64,000 nt of DNA, taken from the NCBI RefSeq assembly GCF_004010195.1, contig NC_057757.1:4522807-4586806 (forward strand), in the 5' to 3' direction. The position numbers were made by a program, and so were the translations under genes. This stretch comes from Chiloscyllium plagiosum. Its lineage: Eukaryota. Under the pieces are notes generated by a model. The model did no database searches and was not told the DNA's origin. It worked only from the letters and a program-made list of their open reading frames with translations. Below are positions 39,200 to 51,477 of this stretch, piece after piece. Numbering within the stretch: the first letter of the stretch is position 1; each line of letters opens with the position of its first letter.

Positions 39200-39393
39200 G
39201 GAGAAAGTGAGGACTGCAGATGCTGGAGATCAGAGTCATGAGAGTGGTCCTGGGAAAGCACGGCAGGTCAGGCAGCATCCGAGGGGCAGGAGGCTCGATG
39301 TTTCAGGCAGGAGCCCTTCATCAGGAACGTCGATTCTCCTGCTTCTCGGATGCTGCCTGACCTGCTGTGCTTTTCCAGCAATACACTCTCGAC
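39200..39393. mobile_element. Palindromic Penelope pLTR insertion
   Basis: 15-bp TSD TTTGTTAAATCTGCA (39185-39199, 39394-39408); hammerhead-like CTGATGA...GAAACATC on -. Confidence 0.8.
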
Positions 39394-40094
39394 TTTGTTA
39401 AATCTGCACCTGTCCTCAATACCAGTGGAGACAGCCTACTCTTCCATGATATCATCTATCTCAATTCCACTTTCCCATGTTACTTTCGTACTCTGTGATG
39501 TTACTCGTCTCCAGAAACAACCAATTATCCATTTACGTCAAGGGCATGCTTACTGTGTGCAGAAGAGAATTCCAAAGACACACCACTTTCGGAAGTGAAG
39601 GAATTCCCATTCCAGCCATACCTAGCCTGGCCCTTATTCCAAGTCTACATTCCTGGTTCCAGGCTCCAGCCGTGGAGATATAATGGTCCAATCTTACAGA
39701 CAGACAATAAAGGACAGGATAAAGGTAACATCGCTAGAGCTTCAGCAGGTCAAAGGACTGCCCCCTCATTCGAGAGATCTCCTGGTGGTTTATCCTGAGA
39801 GTCCTACAGCCAGCCAGTAATGACAGCTCACGTGTGGACATTGCCTGCTCCTCTCCAAGGATATTCAGAGTCATCTCCTCCTTTAGAAACTCTATTACGG
39901 CAAATCAAATAAGGAAATAAATTAAATAACAATGTCTTCATGGGAATACTGAGTCAAGATTAAAGTAGTGCTGGAAAAGCATAGCTGGTCAGGCAGCATC
40001 CAAGGAACAGGAGAATCGACGTTTCAGGCAAAAGCCCTTCACTGTCATTTGCATACTTTTGCAATGGAACAAATTAAATAATTAAGAACAAATT

Positions 40095-41263
40095 TAGACC
40101 ATAAGATCATAAGACATAGGAGCGGAAGTAAGGCCATTCGGCCCATCGAGTCCACGCTGCCATTCAATCATGGCTGATGGCCATTTCAACTCCACTTACC
40201 CGCATTCTCCCTGTAGCCCTTAATTCCTTGTGACATCAAGAATTTATCAATCTCTGCCTTGAAGACATTTAGCGTCCCGGCCTCCACTGCACTCTGTGGC
40301 AATGAATTCCACAGGCCCACCACTCTCTGGCTGAAGAAATGTCTCCGCATTTCTGTTCTGAATTTACCCCCTCTAATTCTAAGGCTGTGTCCACGGGTCC
40401 TAGTATCCTCGCCTAACGGAAACAATTTCCTAGCGTCCACCCTTTCCAAGCCATGTATTATCTTGTAAGTTTCTATTAGATCTCCCCTTAATCTTCTAAA
40501 CTCCAATGAATACAATCCCAGGATCTTCAGCCGTTCCTCGTATGTTAGACCTACCATTCCAGGGATCACCCGTGTGAATCTCCGCTGGACACGCTCCAGT
40601 GCCAGTATGTCCTTCCTGAGGTGTGGGGACCAAAACTGGACACAGTACTCCAAATAGGGCCTAACCAGAGCTTTATAAAGTCTCAGTAGCACAACGGTGC
40701 TTTTATATTCCAACCCTCTTGAGATAAATGACAACATTGCATTCGCTTTCTTAATCACGGACTCAACCTGCATGTTTACCTTTAGAGAATTCTCAACAAG
40801 CACTCCCAGATCCCTTTGTACTTTGGCTTTATGAATTTTCTCACCATTTAGAAAGTAGTCCATGCTTGTATTCTTTTTTCCAAAGTGCAAGACCTCGCAT
40901 TTGCTCACATTGAACTCCATCAGCCATTTCCTGGACCACTCTCCCAAAAATGTCTCGATCCTTCTGCAGCCTCCCCACTTCCTCAGTACTACCTGCCTGT
41001 CCACTTAACTTTGTATCATCGGCAAATTTCGCTAGAATGCCCCAGTCCCTTCATCCAGATCATTAATATATAATGTGAACAGCTGCGGCCCCAACACTGA
41101 ACCCTGCGGGACACCGCTTGTCACCGGCTGCCATTCCGAAAAAGAACCTTCTATCCCAACTCTCTGCCTTCTGTCTGACAGCCAATCCTCAATCCATACC
41201 AGTAGCTCACCTCGAACACCATGGGCCCTCACCTTGCTCAGCAGCCTCCCGTGTGGCACCTTA
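40095..41263 (-). mobile_element. Relatively young CR1-type LINE 3' part
   Basis: Long open ORF2 C-terminus 40186-41004; [11 protein letters not shown] in 41032-41319. Confidence 0.92.
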
Positions 41264-42265
41264 CATGGAACATAGAACAGTCCAGCACAGAACAGGCCCT
41301 TCGGCCCTGATTGTTGCACCGACCTGTGGAACCAATCTGAAGCCCATCTAACCTACACTATTCCATTCTCGTCCATATGTCTATCCAGTGACCATGTAAA
41401 TGCCCTTAAAGTTGGCGAGTCTACTACTGTTGCAGGCAGGTGTTCTGCTCCCCTCCTATTCTGAGTAAAGAAACTACCTCTGACATCTGACCTATATCTA
41501 TCACCCCTCAATTTAAAGCTATGTTCCCTCGTGCTAGCCATCGCTACCCGAGGAAAAAAGCTCTCACTGTCCAACCTATTTAACCCTCTGATTATCTCAT
41601 ATGTCTCAACTAAGTCACCTCTCAACCTTTTTCTCCCTCACGAAAACAGCCTCAAGTCCCTCAGCCTTTCCTCATAAGACCTTCCCTCCATATCAAGCAA
41701 CATCCTAGTAAATCTTCGCTGAACCCTTTCCAAAACTTCCACATCCTTCCTATAATGCGGTGACCAGAACTGTATGCAATACTCCTAGTGCGGCTGCACC
41801 AGAGTTTTATACAGCTGCAGCATGACCTCATGGCTCCGAAATTCGATCCCTCTCCTGATAAAAGCTAACACACCGTATACCTTCTTCAGAACCCTACCAA
41901 CCTGGGTCGCAACTTTCAAGGATGTATGTACCTGGACACAGAGATCTCTCTGCTTATCTACACTAGCAAGAATCTGACCATTAGCCCAGTACTCTGCATT
42001 CCTGTTATTTTTTCCAAAGTAAATCACTTCACACTTTTCCACATTAAACTCCATTTGCCACCTCTCAGCCCAGCTCTGCAGTTTATCTATGTCCCTCTGT
42101 AACCTGCAGCATCCTTTGTCACTATCCACAACTCCACCGACCTTAGTATCTTTGCAAATTTACTAACCCATCCTTCTACACCCTCATTCAGATCATTTAT
42201 ACATATGACAAACAGCAGTGGACCCAAAATAAATCCTTGCGGTATCCCACTAGTAACTGAAACCA
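41264..42265 (-). mobile_element. CR1-type LINE 3' part (second subfamily)
   Basis: [43 protein letters not shown]. Confidence 0.9.
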
Positions 42266-42689
42266 GGCCAGCATGGAAGAGATGGACTGAAGGATCTAGT
42301 ATGCTATGCCTTGCCTTTGCAAGAGCCCTCCAATTGACAATGGATGCGTTTACTGAAACTAAAACCAATATCTCATGATTGATGTTTATTTATGGTCAGT
42401 ATGGACGTGTTGGGCCGAAAGATCCATTTCTGTGCTGTCTGACTCTGTGATTCCTTGATGGCTGATTGTGACAGGAGCATGTTTCTTCAGTGTCACTGTT
42501 ACGTTGCAATGCCGTTTGATATCAGATGAAACTCGATGGCACTTCCTTCTGGTCATTCCTGATAAGCCAGCGAGAAAGCTCATCTACTTATCAAAGTTTG
42601 GAGCCTGGATTGCGTCTCGTCACTCAGTGGGTTCAGATGGCCCTGGCAGATCCAACCAATGCCACACACACAGACAATCATGCAAGCAC

Positions 42690-43025
42690 CCACACACCCC
42701 TCCCCATCTCTGTCCAAGGCCCCAAAGGATCCTTCCCCACGTGCCATCTACTGTGTCTGTTGCTCTCAGTGTGGTCTCCTCTACATTGGGGAGACAGGAT
42801 GCCAACTCGCGGAGCGTTTCAGAGAACATGTCTGGGACATACGCGCCAAACAACACCATCGCCCTGTGGCCAAACACTTCAACTCCCCCTCTGACTCCGC
42901 CAAGGACATGCAAATCCTGGGCCTCTTCCACCTCCAAACACAAACCACTGGAGGAAGGATTGGGACCCTCCACCTTGGGACCCTCCAACCACATAGGATC
43001 AATGTGGATTTCACCAACTTCCTCA
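42690..43025 (+). mobile_element. Penelope-like GIY-YIG endonuclease fragment
   Basis: AIYCVCCSQCGLLYIGETGCQLAERFREH..VAKHFNS..LGTLQPHRINVDF. Confidence 0.85.
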
Positions 43026-43109
43026 GATCACAAGAAACTGCGTGAAGGAGATATTTAAGCACCACCTCCACACAAGAGAAACAGGGCAGCACTTGTTGTG
43101 GAAGGATTG

Positions 43110-43643
43110 CATGGGTTTCCTCCGGGTGCTCCAGTTTCCTCCCACAGTCCAAAGATGTGCAGGTTAGTGTGGATTGGCCATGCTAAATTGTCCCATAGTG
43201 TTCAGGGATGTGCAGGTTAGGGTGGATTGGCTGTGCTGTATTATCGAGGTAAAAACAATGACTGCAGATGCTGGAAACCAGATTCTGGATCAGTGGTGCT
43301 GGAAGAGCACAGCAATTCAGGCAGCATCCGACGAGCAGCAAAATCGACGTTTCGGGCCTGATGAAGGGCTTTTGCCCGAAACGTCGATTTTGCTGCTCGT
43401 CGGATGCTGCCTGAATTGCTGTGCTCTTCCAGCACCACTGATCCAGAATGTGCTGTATTATCCCATAGTGTTCAGGGGTGTGCAGGTTAGGGTGGATTGG
43501 CCATGCTAAATTGCCCATACTGTTAGGTGCACTAATCAGAGATAAATGGAGAGGAATGGGTCTGGGTGGGTTACTGTTCGGAAGGTCGGTGTGGACTTGT
43601 TGGGCCGCAGGGCCTGTTTCCACACCGTAGGGAATCTAATCTA
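43110..43643 (+). mobile_element. 5'-truncated HE1 SINE with internal repeat, carrying a palindromic Penelope insertion (43246-43448)
   Basis: 14-bp TSD TGTGCTGTATTATC (43232-43245, 43449-43462); hammerhead motif 43358-43385. Confidence 0.85.
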
Positions 43644-44565
43644 TAAAAATGTAACCTAGTCTAAAATTACTCAATGTTTTATATAAAAAAAATTACCAGG
43701 AGACACAGAAAATCCTTCATGAGATTAAACTTTAATCTTGTAAAATCAAAGCTGTGCGAGCCAGCTAAATGTCTTCCCTTCCTCCCCACGACTTATTCTG
43801 CAACCTGTACAGTTGTTCTGCCTGTGCTTATTGGGTAACATTAGCATAGCCAAACATGGTGGCTTACTTTGTATTTCTAAACTAATCATCATCTGGCACA
43901 CTAGTTCCCTACATCACACTTAACATCCCACATTACAGCACCATCATCGTCAGCATTAGCTCATCTCCCAGTGATTTGACTACCCTATCACAATGCACTA
44001 CCATTATCTGTCACTGGAGCCCTGTAACATGATCCCCGGGCGTACATTGCATTACTAAGTTAACTACGTTACTGTCATAGTAACTTCCATTCACTCCTGT
44101 TAAATGCACAATCCCCTCACATGTCCTACAGCAGCACATTCTGGATCCCAGAATGGTTGCTCCCCGGAAGGTTTCATTGTTCTGCCCCCGAGTGTTGGTG
44201 GCAGGGTATTAGATAGTTTTTTTAAGCTGGATTCATATTGTGCGGGGAGTTTCAGGGATAGATGTGGAAGTGCAATTTCTAACACAGACAGATCAGCCCA
44301 GATCTCAATAAATGACAGAGCCAACTCGAGAGATGTTACATTTTCACGTTAACATAGATTTTGCAAGGACTTCACCAATCCATAATCGTTGAATTAACAA
44401 ATGCAGCAATTGCTGAACAATTGAGGAATCCCAAATAATTATCTGCCCATAAAAACAATTACCTCACACCTTCCTGTTCTGCAGAAGCAGCTCACTTTTC
44501 TGAAGGTACTGACTTTCAGATTTGATACCCAGTTCCTCAATGAGAATAACAGAAAGAGTCAGTGA

Positions 44566-45178
44566 ATTGGTCAGAGTATTGAGTACAGGAGTTGGGAGGT
44601 CTTGTTGCGGCTGTACAGGACGTTGGTTAGGCCACTGTTGGAATATTGTGTGCAATTCTGGTCTCTTTCCTATCGGAAGGATGTTGTGAAACTTGAAAGG
44701 GTTCAGAAAAGATTTACAAGGATGCTGCCAGGGTTGGAGGATTTGAGCTATAGGGAGAGGTTGAACATGCTGGGGCTGTTTTCCCTGGAGCGTCGGAGGC
44801 TGAGGAGTGACCTTATAGAGGTTTATAAAAACCATGAGGAGCATGTATAAGGTAAAGAGACAAAGTCTTTTCCCTGGGGTGAGGGAGTCCAGAAATAGAG
44901 GGCATAGGTTTGGGGTGAGAGGGATAAGATATAAAAGGGACCTAAGCGGCAATTTTTTTAACTCAAAGGGTGGTGCATGTGTGGAATGTGGTGGAGGCTG
45001 GTACAATTGCAACATTTAAGAAGCATTTGGATGGGTATATGAATAGGAAGGGTTTGGAGGGATATGGGCCGGGTGCTGGCAGGTGGGACTAGATTGGGTT
45101 GGGATACCTGGTCGGCATGGATGGGTTGGACTGAAGGGTCTGTTTCCGTGCTGTATATCTCTATGACTCGATGACTCT
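44566..45178 (+). mobile_element. CR1/HER1-type LINE 3' fragment
   Basis: YRTLVRPLLEYCVQFW...; tail ATGACTC repeats. Confidence 0.9.
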
Positions 45179-45204
45179 AAGAATAACAAGAAGGTAAAAG
45201 AGGA

Positions 45205-45550
45205 GCAATTTACCGCAGGTGCTGGAATCTGTAATTAAAACCCCCAAAAAATGCTGGAAATCACAGCATCCATGGAGGTTGAGCGAAATAACATTTCGAG
45301 TCTGGACAAGTCTTTGTCAGAGCTGGTGAAATGCGGAAGGGGCAGTATTTTTGCAGTAATGGGAAGCTGGTGGTTGGAGCGCCAGGGGAGAATGGTTGTT
45401 GATCGTTCAGCGATCAGACTTTGTGAGTGTAGGAATGCTGCACGCTTCACATCAGCTCTGATGAAGAGTTATCCAAACGTGAAACCTTAGCTTGCTCTCC
45501 CTCCGTGGATGCTGCCTGACCCGCTGTGATCTCCAGCGCTTTTCGTTTTC
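45205..45550. mobile_element. Penelope-derived element with inverted pLTR arms (another family)
   Basis: TGCTGGAAATCACAGC / GCTGTGATCTCCAGC; AGCT-CTGATGA...GAAA..AGCT at 45454-45492 and a degenerate reverse copy at ~45288-45324. Confidence 0.6.
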
Positions 45551-45824
45551 AATAAGATCATAGATTATGGGAATAGCCAAACACATCTCCCTGCTCCATT
45601 GCTCTGCGAACCGGAAACTGGCCCTTCAGCCTGTTGGGTCGATAGGGGAGGCAAAAAAACCACTTGGCCACTCTAATCCCATTTTTCAGCACTTGGCCCA
45701 TGAATGTGTTTGTACTCTTGAGCCATCCCTTTTCAAGAGAATAGTGGACCCGAAACAGATCGTCCCTCCATCAAAACAGACCACCACTCTTCAGGGCCCA
45801 AAATGTAATGACCACAAGGAACTA

Positions 45825-46325
45825 GAACCCCTACAGTGTGGAAACAGGCCCTTCGGCCCAACAAGTTCACACCGACCCTCCGAAGAGTAACCCACCCAGA
45901 CCCATTCCCTGAACCTATTGCCCAACATTTACCCCTAACAAATGCAACTAACCTACATATCCCTGGGCACTATGGGTAATTTAACATGGCCAATCCACTC
46001 TAACCTGTACATCCCTGAACACTATGGGTAATTTAGCACGGCCAATCCACCCTAGCCTGCACATCCCTGGGCACTTTGGGGCAATTTAGTATGGCCAATC
46101 CACCCTAACCTGCACATCCCTGGGCACTATGGGTTAATTTAGCACGACCAATCCACCCTAACCTGCACATCTTTGGACTGTGGGAGGAAACCGGAGCACC
46201 TGGAGGAAACCCACACAGACACTGGGAGAATGTGCAAACTCAGTCAGTCGCCCGAGGCTGGAATCGAACCTGCGTCCCTGGTGCTGTGAGGCAGCAGTGC
46301 TAACCACTGAGCCACCGTGCCACCC
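45825..46325 (-). mobile_element. HE1 SINE with internal ~52-bp tandem expansion
   Basis: Unit CCTGCACATCCCTGGGCACTATGGGTAATTTAGCACGGCCAATCCACCCTAA about four times in 45950-46170. Confidence 0.85.
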
Positions 46326-46984
46326 AGCTGAATCATTCTGATCTGCTAATCCATCATCACCGCATCCACATTGCTGGTGGCACATTTGGAAAGCTTACCC
46401 ACACCTTCTCCTCAATATCCTTTTTCCAACATGCAGTCTCATCCCGAGCTGAGCCCAACCAAGAGTTGGCACAGATTGGGGTCGGTTTTCCGACTTGCCA
46501 ATTCTATCCCTCTGGAACCAAACTCTGGGTGTCTGAAGATTGACAATGGCTTTGCTCAGAGCCTTCAGTGACTGGTGACTTTCCGATCTTCAACTTGCCC
46601 TTGATGGAAACGACACTGAGCTGCTGTCGAACTTTTAGTCAGCAACACATAGGGGAGAAAGCCGATCGGAAATTTCCGGATAGCACCCACACGTGTAAAG
46701 TGACAAGCGTCGTCCCACAGTTCAGTGAATTTGACTCTTTCAGACGCTGAATTCTTTCAGACGGTAACTGTCCGATAGGAATAGACTGAACTACTCGCAG
46801 CTAATACATGTTATGGACTGAAAAGGGAGGTGTCTAGATCGTGATTCTCTTTTTCTGGGGATACCCCTTTTGAATCAAATGTTGATATTCCTGTTCCGAA
46901 AGGCAGATAAGAAAGTTTGTTACTGTACCAACCAGCATGCTTCTGTGATGAATGGAACTTGAAACGTCACCTTCAGGCTCACAG

Positions 46985-47170
46985 GGAGAAAGTGAGTATT
47001 GCAGATGCTGGAGATCAGAGTATAAGAGTGTGGCGCTGGAAAAGCACAGCAGGTCAGGCAGCGTCTGAGGAGCAGGAGACTCGACGTTTCCGACGTAAGC
47101 CCTTCATCGATTCTCCCGCTCCTCGGATGCTGCCTGACCTGCTGCGCTTTTCCAGCGCCACACTCTGGAT
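46985..47170. mobile_element. Palindromic Penelope pLTR insertion
   Basis: 13-bp TSD TTCAGGCTCACAG (46972-46984, 47171-47183). Confidence 0.8.
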
Positions 47171-47559
47171 TTCAGGCTCACAGACAGCACCTTTGAACCA
47201 TCAATTTCCACCCCAAGCCTCCCAAACGTTTTCAGATCGATACTCAACCAGCACTGGGCCCTGTTCTGTGATTGGAGTATGGGCTCTCACCACCAGCTCA
47301 GTATTCATCACTCTTCACTAGTTGCTCGGGGTGGGGGGGCGCAGCTAGGGATTAGCCACGTTGGCTGTGGGACCTGGAGTCACAGGTAGGCCAGACTGGG
47401 TAAGGCCAGCAGATTTCACTCTCCCATTAGTGAATCAGATGGCTTTTTTTAAAAATAAACATTTTATCCCGATTTACTGATGTTAAATTTCACCTCTAAT
47501 GAGAGAAGGAAACATGTCTTTAGATCATGAGCCTGAGGTTCTGTATTTATCATTGCTTC

Positions 47560-48075
47560 ATGGATTGACCATGCTGAATAGCCCATAGTGTCCAGGGACG
47601 TGCAGGTGGGGATGAATTAGCCGTGGAAATGCAGGGCTACTGGGATAGGGTGGTGGGTTTGGGTGGGATGCTGCTCGGAGGAACGGTGTGGACTCAATGA
47701 GTTGAATGGCCTGCTTCCCCACTGTAGGATTCTTTTTTTTTTAGATTTAGATTACTTACAGTGTGGAAACAGGCCCTTCGGCCCAACAAGTCCACACCGA
47801 CCCGCCGAAGCGCAACCCACCCATACCCCTACATTTACCCCTTATTACCTATCACTAAGGGGAATTTAGCATGGCCAATTCACCTAACCTGCACATCTTT
47901 GGACTGTGGGAGGAAACCGGAGCACCCGGAGGAAACCCACACAGACACGGGGAGAATGTGCAAACTCCACACAGTCAGTCGCCTGAGTCGGGAATTGAAC
48001 CCGGGTCTCTGGTGCTGTGAGGCAGCAGTGCTAACCCCTGTGCCACCGTGCCGCCCACTATGATTCTATGATTAT
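47560..48075. mobile_element. Full-length HE1 SINE (- strand, ~47740-48058) inserted into the tail of an older + strand HE1
   Basis: Older tail ACTGTAGGATTC / TATGATTCTATGATT is split by the near-consensus minus-strand copy. Confidence 0.8.
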
Positions 48076-48244
48076 TAAAGCTGCCTTTTGTAGCCATCAA
48101 GCCCAGAGGTAGATTTTGTGAGCAGTTCCAAACGGACCTCTGCCAATCATGCAGGAAATGGAGGATAGCATCAAGGCAGAGAAAGCATACCCTCTGGTCA
48201 GGGTGGGCTTTTGGGGTAAATCCAGATTTAGGGGAAGGGGTGCG

Positions 48245-48665
48245 ATCTTCTGCCAGGACTGTAGCAAGCTACAGAGAGTTGTGAGCACAGCCCAGTCCAA
48301 CACACAAATCAATTGACTCCAGCTACGCTTCCCGCTGCATCAGGTAGGCAGCCAACATCATCAAAGACCCCTCCCACCTCGATTATAATCCCCATCCAAC
48401 CTCTTCCGTCAGGCAGAAGATGCAAAACACGCACCAACAGATTCAGGTACAGCTTCTTCCCCACCGTAATTAGACTTCTGAATGGACTTCTCAAATTTTG
48501 CATTTAATGTTGATCTCGCTCTCTATGCACCTTCTCTACAGCCGTTAACATTGTATACCTCATTCTGTTTTATTCCCCTTATGCCTTTTGCCTGTACTGC
48601 ACGCAAAACTGAACTTTTCACTGTACCTAGGTACATGGGACAATAATCAATCGAATCAAATCAAC
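48245..48665 (+). mobile_element. Rex1/Babar-like 3' fragment
   Basis: PLPSGRRCKTRTNRFRYSFFPTVIRLLN; tail (AATCA)n-like. Confidence 0.7.
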
Positions 48666-48979
48666 TGCTCAGGGTGATCTCAGGGAGGACCTCACCCAAA
48701 AGAGATAGTGAATCCGAGGAGCAGGGCTATCACAGAGACGACTGGGGACAAATGAAGCTCAAAGTCGAACAAGAACCCACTTCCTTTCTTGGCTTTTGGG
48801 GATTACTTTCAGGATGAGATGATCACTTCACTGTCACTCCTGCTTATAACCTGCTTCACTTGCCACGAAGAGCTGCTGAGGGAGAGACATTGCTTCATCA
48901 CTGGGTCAGCAGGAACAAGCACACCCGCTGACCCCCTCCACACCTCCAACTGGTAAGCATTGGAACCCACCGTTGTGTG

Positions 48980-49513
48980 GGTAGGCCACTGTTGGAATAT
49001 TGTGTGCAATTCTGGTCTCCTTCCTATTGGAAAGATGTTATGAAACGTGAAAGGGTTGGAGGATTTGAGCCATAGGGAGAGGTTGAATAGGCTGGGGATG
49101 TTTTCCCTGGAGCGTCGGAGGCTGAGGGGTGACCTTATAGAGGTTTACGAAATCATGAGGGGTCTGGATAGGATAAATAGACAAAGTCTTTTCCCTGGGG
49201 TCAGGGAGTCCAGAACTAGAGGGGCATAGGTTTAGGGTGAGAGAGGGGAAAGATATAAAAGAGACCTAAGGGGCAACTTTTTCACTCAGAGGGTGGTACA
49301 TGTATGGAATGAGCTGCCAGAGGAAGTGGTGGAGGCTGGTACAATTGCAATATTCAAGAGGCATCTGGATAGGTATATGAATAGGAAGGGTTTGGAGGGA
49401 TATGGGCCGGGTGCTGGCAGATGGGACTAGATTGTGTTGGGATTTCTGGTCGGCATGGATGGGTTGGACCAAAGGGTCTGTTTCCGTGTGGTATATCTCG
49501 ATGACTCTATGAC
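48980..49513 (+). mobile_element. CR1/HER1-type LINE 3' fragment
   Basis: RERLNRLGMFSLERRRLRGDLIEVY; family tail. Confidence 0.9.
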
Positions 49514-49974
49514 CGACCCTGTTTGTTGGTGAATGTTCACAAGCACTGCAAAGAACGCTATCACTCAGGAGAAAGGTCCTCGTTCTTAGTCTGGGGAGGG
49601 GCAGAGAATGACTGTTACCTGTTCAGTAACATCCTTTTATAAGGACTTGCCCTCAAGCATTAGTTAAAATGTGTTGAGATAAAGACTCAGTTGAGTTTTC
49701 TAGTAGTAATGAGCTGAGATATAATTAGAGTGGGGCTCCGTCTCAAACAGTTGAGTGTTTTTAGTAGTCTTGGATTGGGCTCCATTAATTCAAAAAGCTC
49801 TCGGAATCAGTTGTGAAAGAGCAATGATCTTTGTGACCCCTGCAATGTGCCTATAACTTGCTGTAACAGGAATAAGTCACAGTCAGGATGGTTGGGGGAC
49901 CCTCCTGCTAAAGGTCACTGTGATCTTGTCCTCATAAACCAGACGCTGCAAACACAAACAGGCTCCACCTTCTA

Positions 49975-50470
49975 CTTCTCTTCTGAACGGTGAGAGTGAA
50001 AATGCAAATTTGCTGCTGAGGACATTGATGAAGAGTTGGTCAGGACCTCGGTCCAGCCCTTCTCTGTGTGAGGTTCGAACGAGGAAGGCAGCTGGGGAGT
50101 TGGGGTCTTCACCTTTCCATTCATCTGTAAATGTCAATGAGGTTGGGGTGGGGTTTATCTCCAATGGATTCGGTTGAGGTCAGTTCAGTGTTAGGCCCGA
50201 ATTGAGTTAGAGTCATTTGTGTTTCTGTGGGATAGGTGGAGCTGAACACCGGGGTGGGGAGGGAGTTAGTTGGGTTGGGTTGAGTGAAGGTGGACTCCAA
50301 TTGGCTTCTGTATCGATGGTGGATGATGTAATTGCATCTTGCTTGCTTAATATATTACTCCTGTATCTCAAGGGACTCGTTGATGGTTTTTAGAATCTCT
50401 CTGGTCTACATCACAAACAAATCTATGCTTCACTCTCTTCATAACTCAATACTATCTTAAACCAAACAGT
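49975..50470. repeat. ~500-bp segment duplicated at 63145-63640
   Basis: Colinear, same orientation, e.g. GATGAAGAGTTGGTCAGGACCTCGGTCCAGCCCTTCTCT and GTATCGATGGTGGATGATGTAATTGCATCTTGCTTGCTTAATA in both. Confidence 0.9.
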
Positions 50471-51039
50471 ACGTCTGGGTTTAGGTGGGGACTGCAGATG
50501 CTGGAGATTAGAGTCAAGGTTAGAGTGATGCTGGAAAAGCACAGCAGGTCAGGCAGCATCCGAGGAGCAGGAGAGTCGACATTTCAGACAAGAGCCCTTC
50601 GTCAGTAAATCTGGGTTGGTCAGCAAAACTTGCCCAGTTTGGGTTCTGCCAGGGACACTCAGCCCCTGACCGCATTACGGCCTTGGTTCAAGCATAGACA
50701 AAAGAGGTGAATTCAAGAGGTGAGGTAAGAGTGATATCTGAAATAACTCAACAGAGGCCAGTATCCTGTCACCAAGTCACCCTTTATTGACACGCATATA
50801 GTACCTGACGCTGGTCTGGTTCCCTCAGAGCCAGCTGTGAGAGCGAGCAGAACCTCTGACCCTCATATTGATATCTGTCAGCCAGGGCTCCCTGATTGGA
50901 CCAGGTTAACAGCCCCAATCAGAAAACTCATGTCCTATGAGGTCCACCTGGCTGACCATGTAACAAATACGTCAACAACCATTGTCATCAAGACCTGATT
51001 TAACTGAGTGAGGCATCAAGGAAGTCGAGCACAATTGGT

Positions 51040-51460
51040 TTGAGGTATAAGGAGAGGCTGGATAGGCTGGGACTTTTTTCACTGCAGCGTCAGAGGTTGC
51101 AGGGCGACCTTATCGAGGTTTATAAAATCATGAGGGGTACAGACAAGGTTACTAGCAAAGACCTTTTCCTTAGGGTAAGGGAATTCAAAACGAAGAGGGC
51201 ATAGGTTTAGAGTGAGAGGGGAAAGGTTTAAAAGGGACCTGAGGGGCAACTTTTTTCACACAGAGGGTGGTACGTGTATGGAATGAGCTGCCAGAGGAGG
51301 TGGTGGAGGCTGGTACAATTACAACATTTAAGAGGCATTTGGATGGGTATATGAATAGGACATGTTTACAGAGATATGGGCCAAGTGCTGGCAAATGTAG
51401 TCAGCATGAATGGGTTGGGCCAAAGGGGCTGTTTCCATGCGGTATGATTCTCTGACTCTA
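51040..51460 (+). mobile_element. CR1/HER1-type LINE 3' fragment
   Basis: VVRVWNELPEEVVEAGTITTFKRHLDGYM. Confidence 0.85.
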
Positions 51461-51477
51461 TTAATCTATGTAAAGTC

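Noticed and set aside
40186..41004. 272-aa ORF as a host gene
   Set aside because: C-terminal part of CR1 ORF2 in a 5'-truncated copy.
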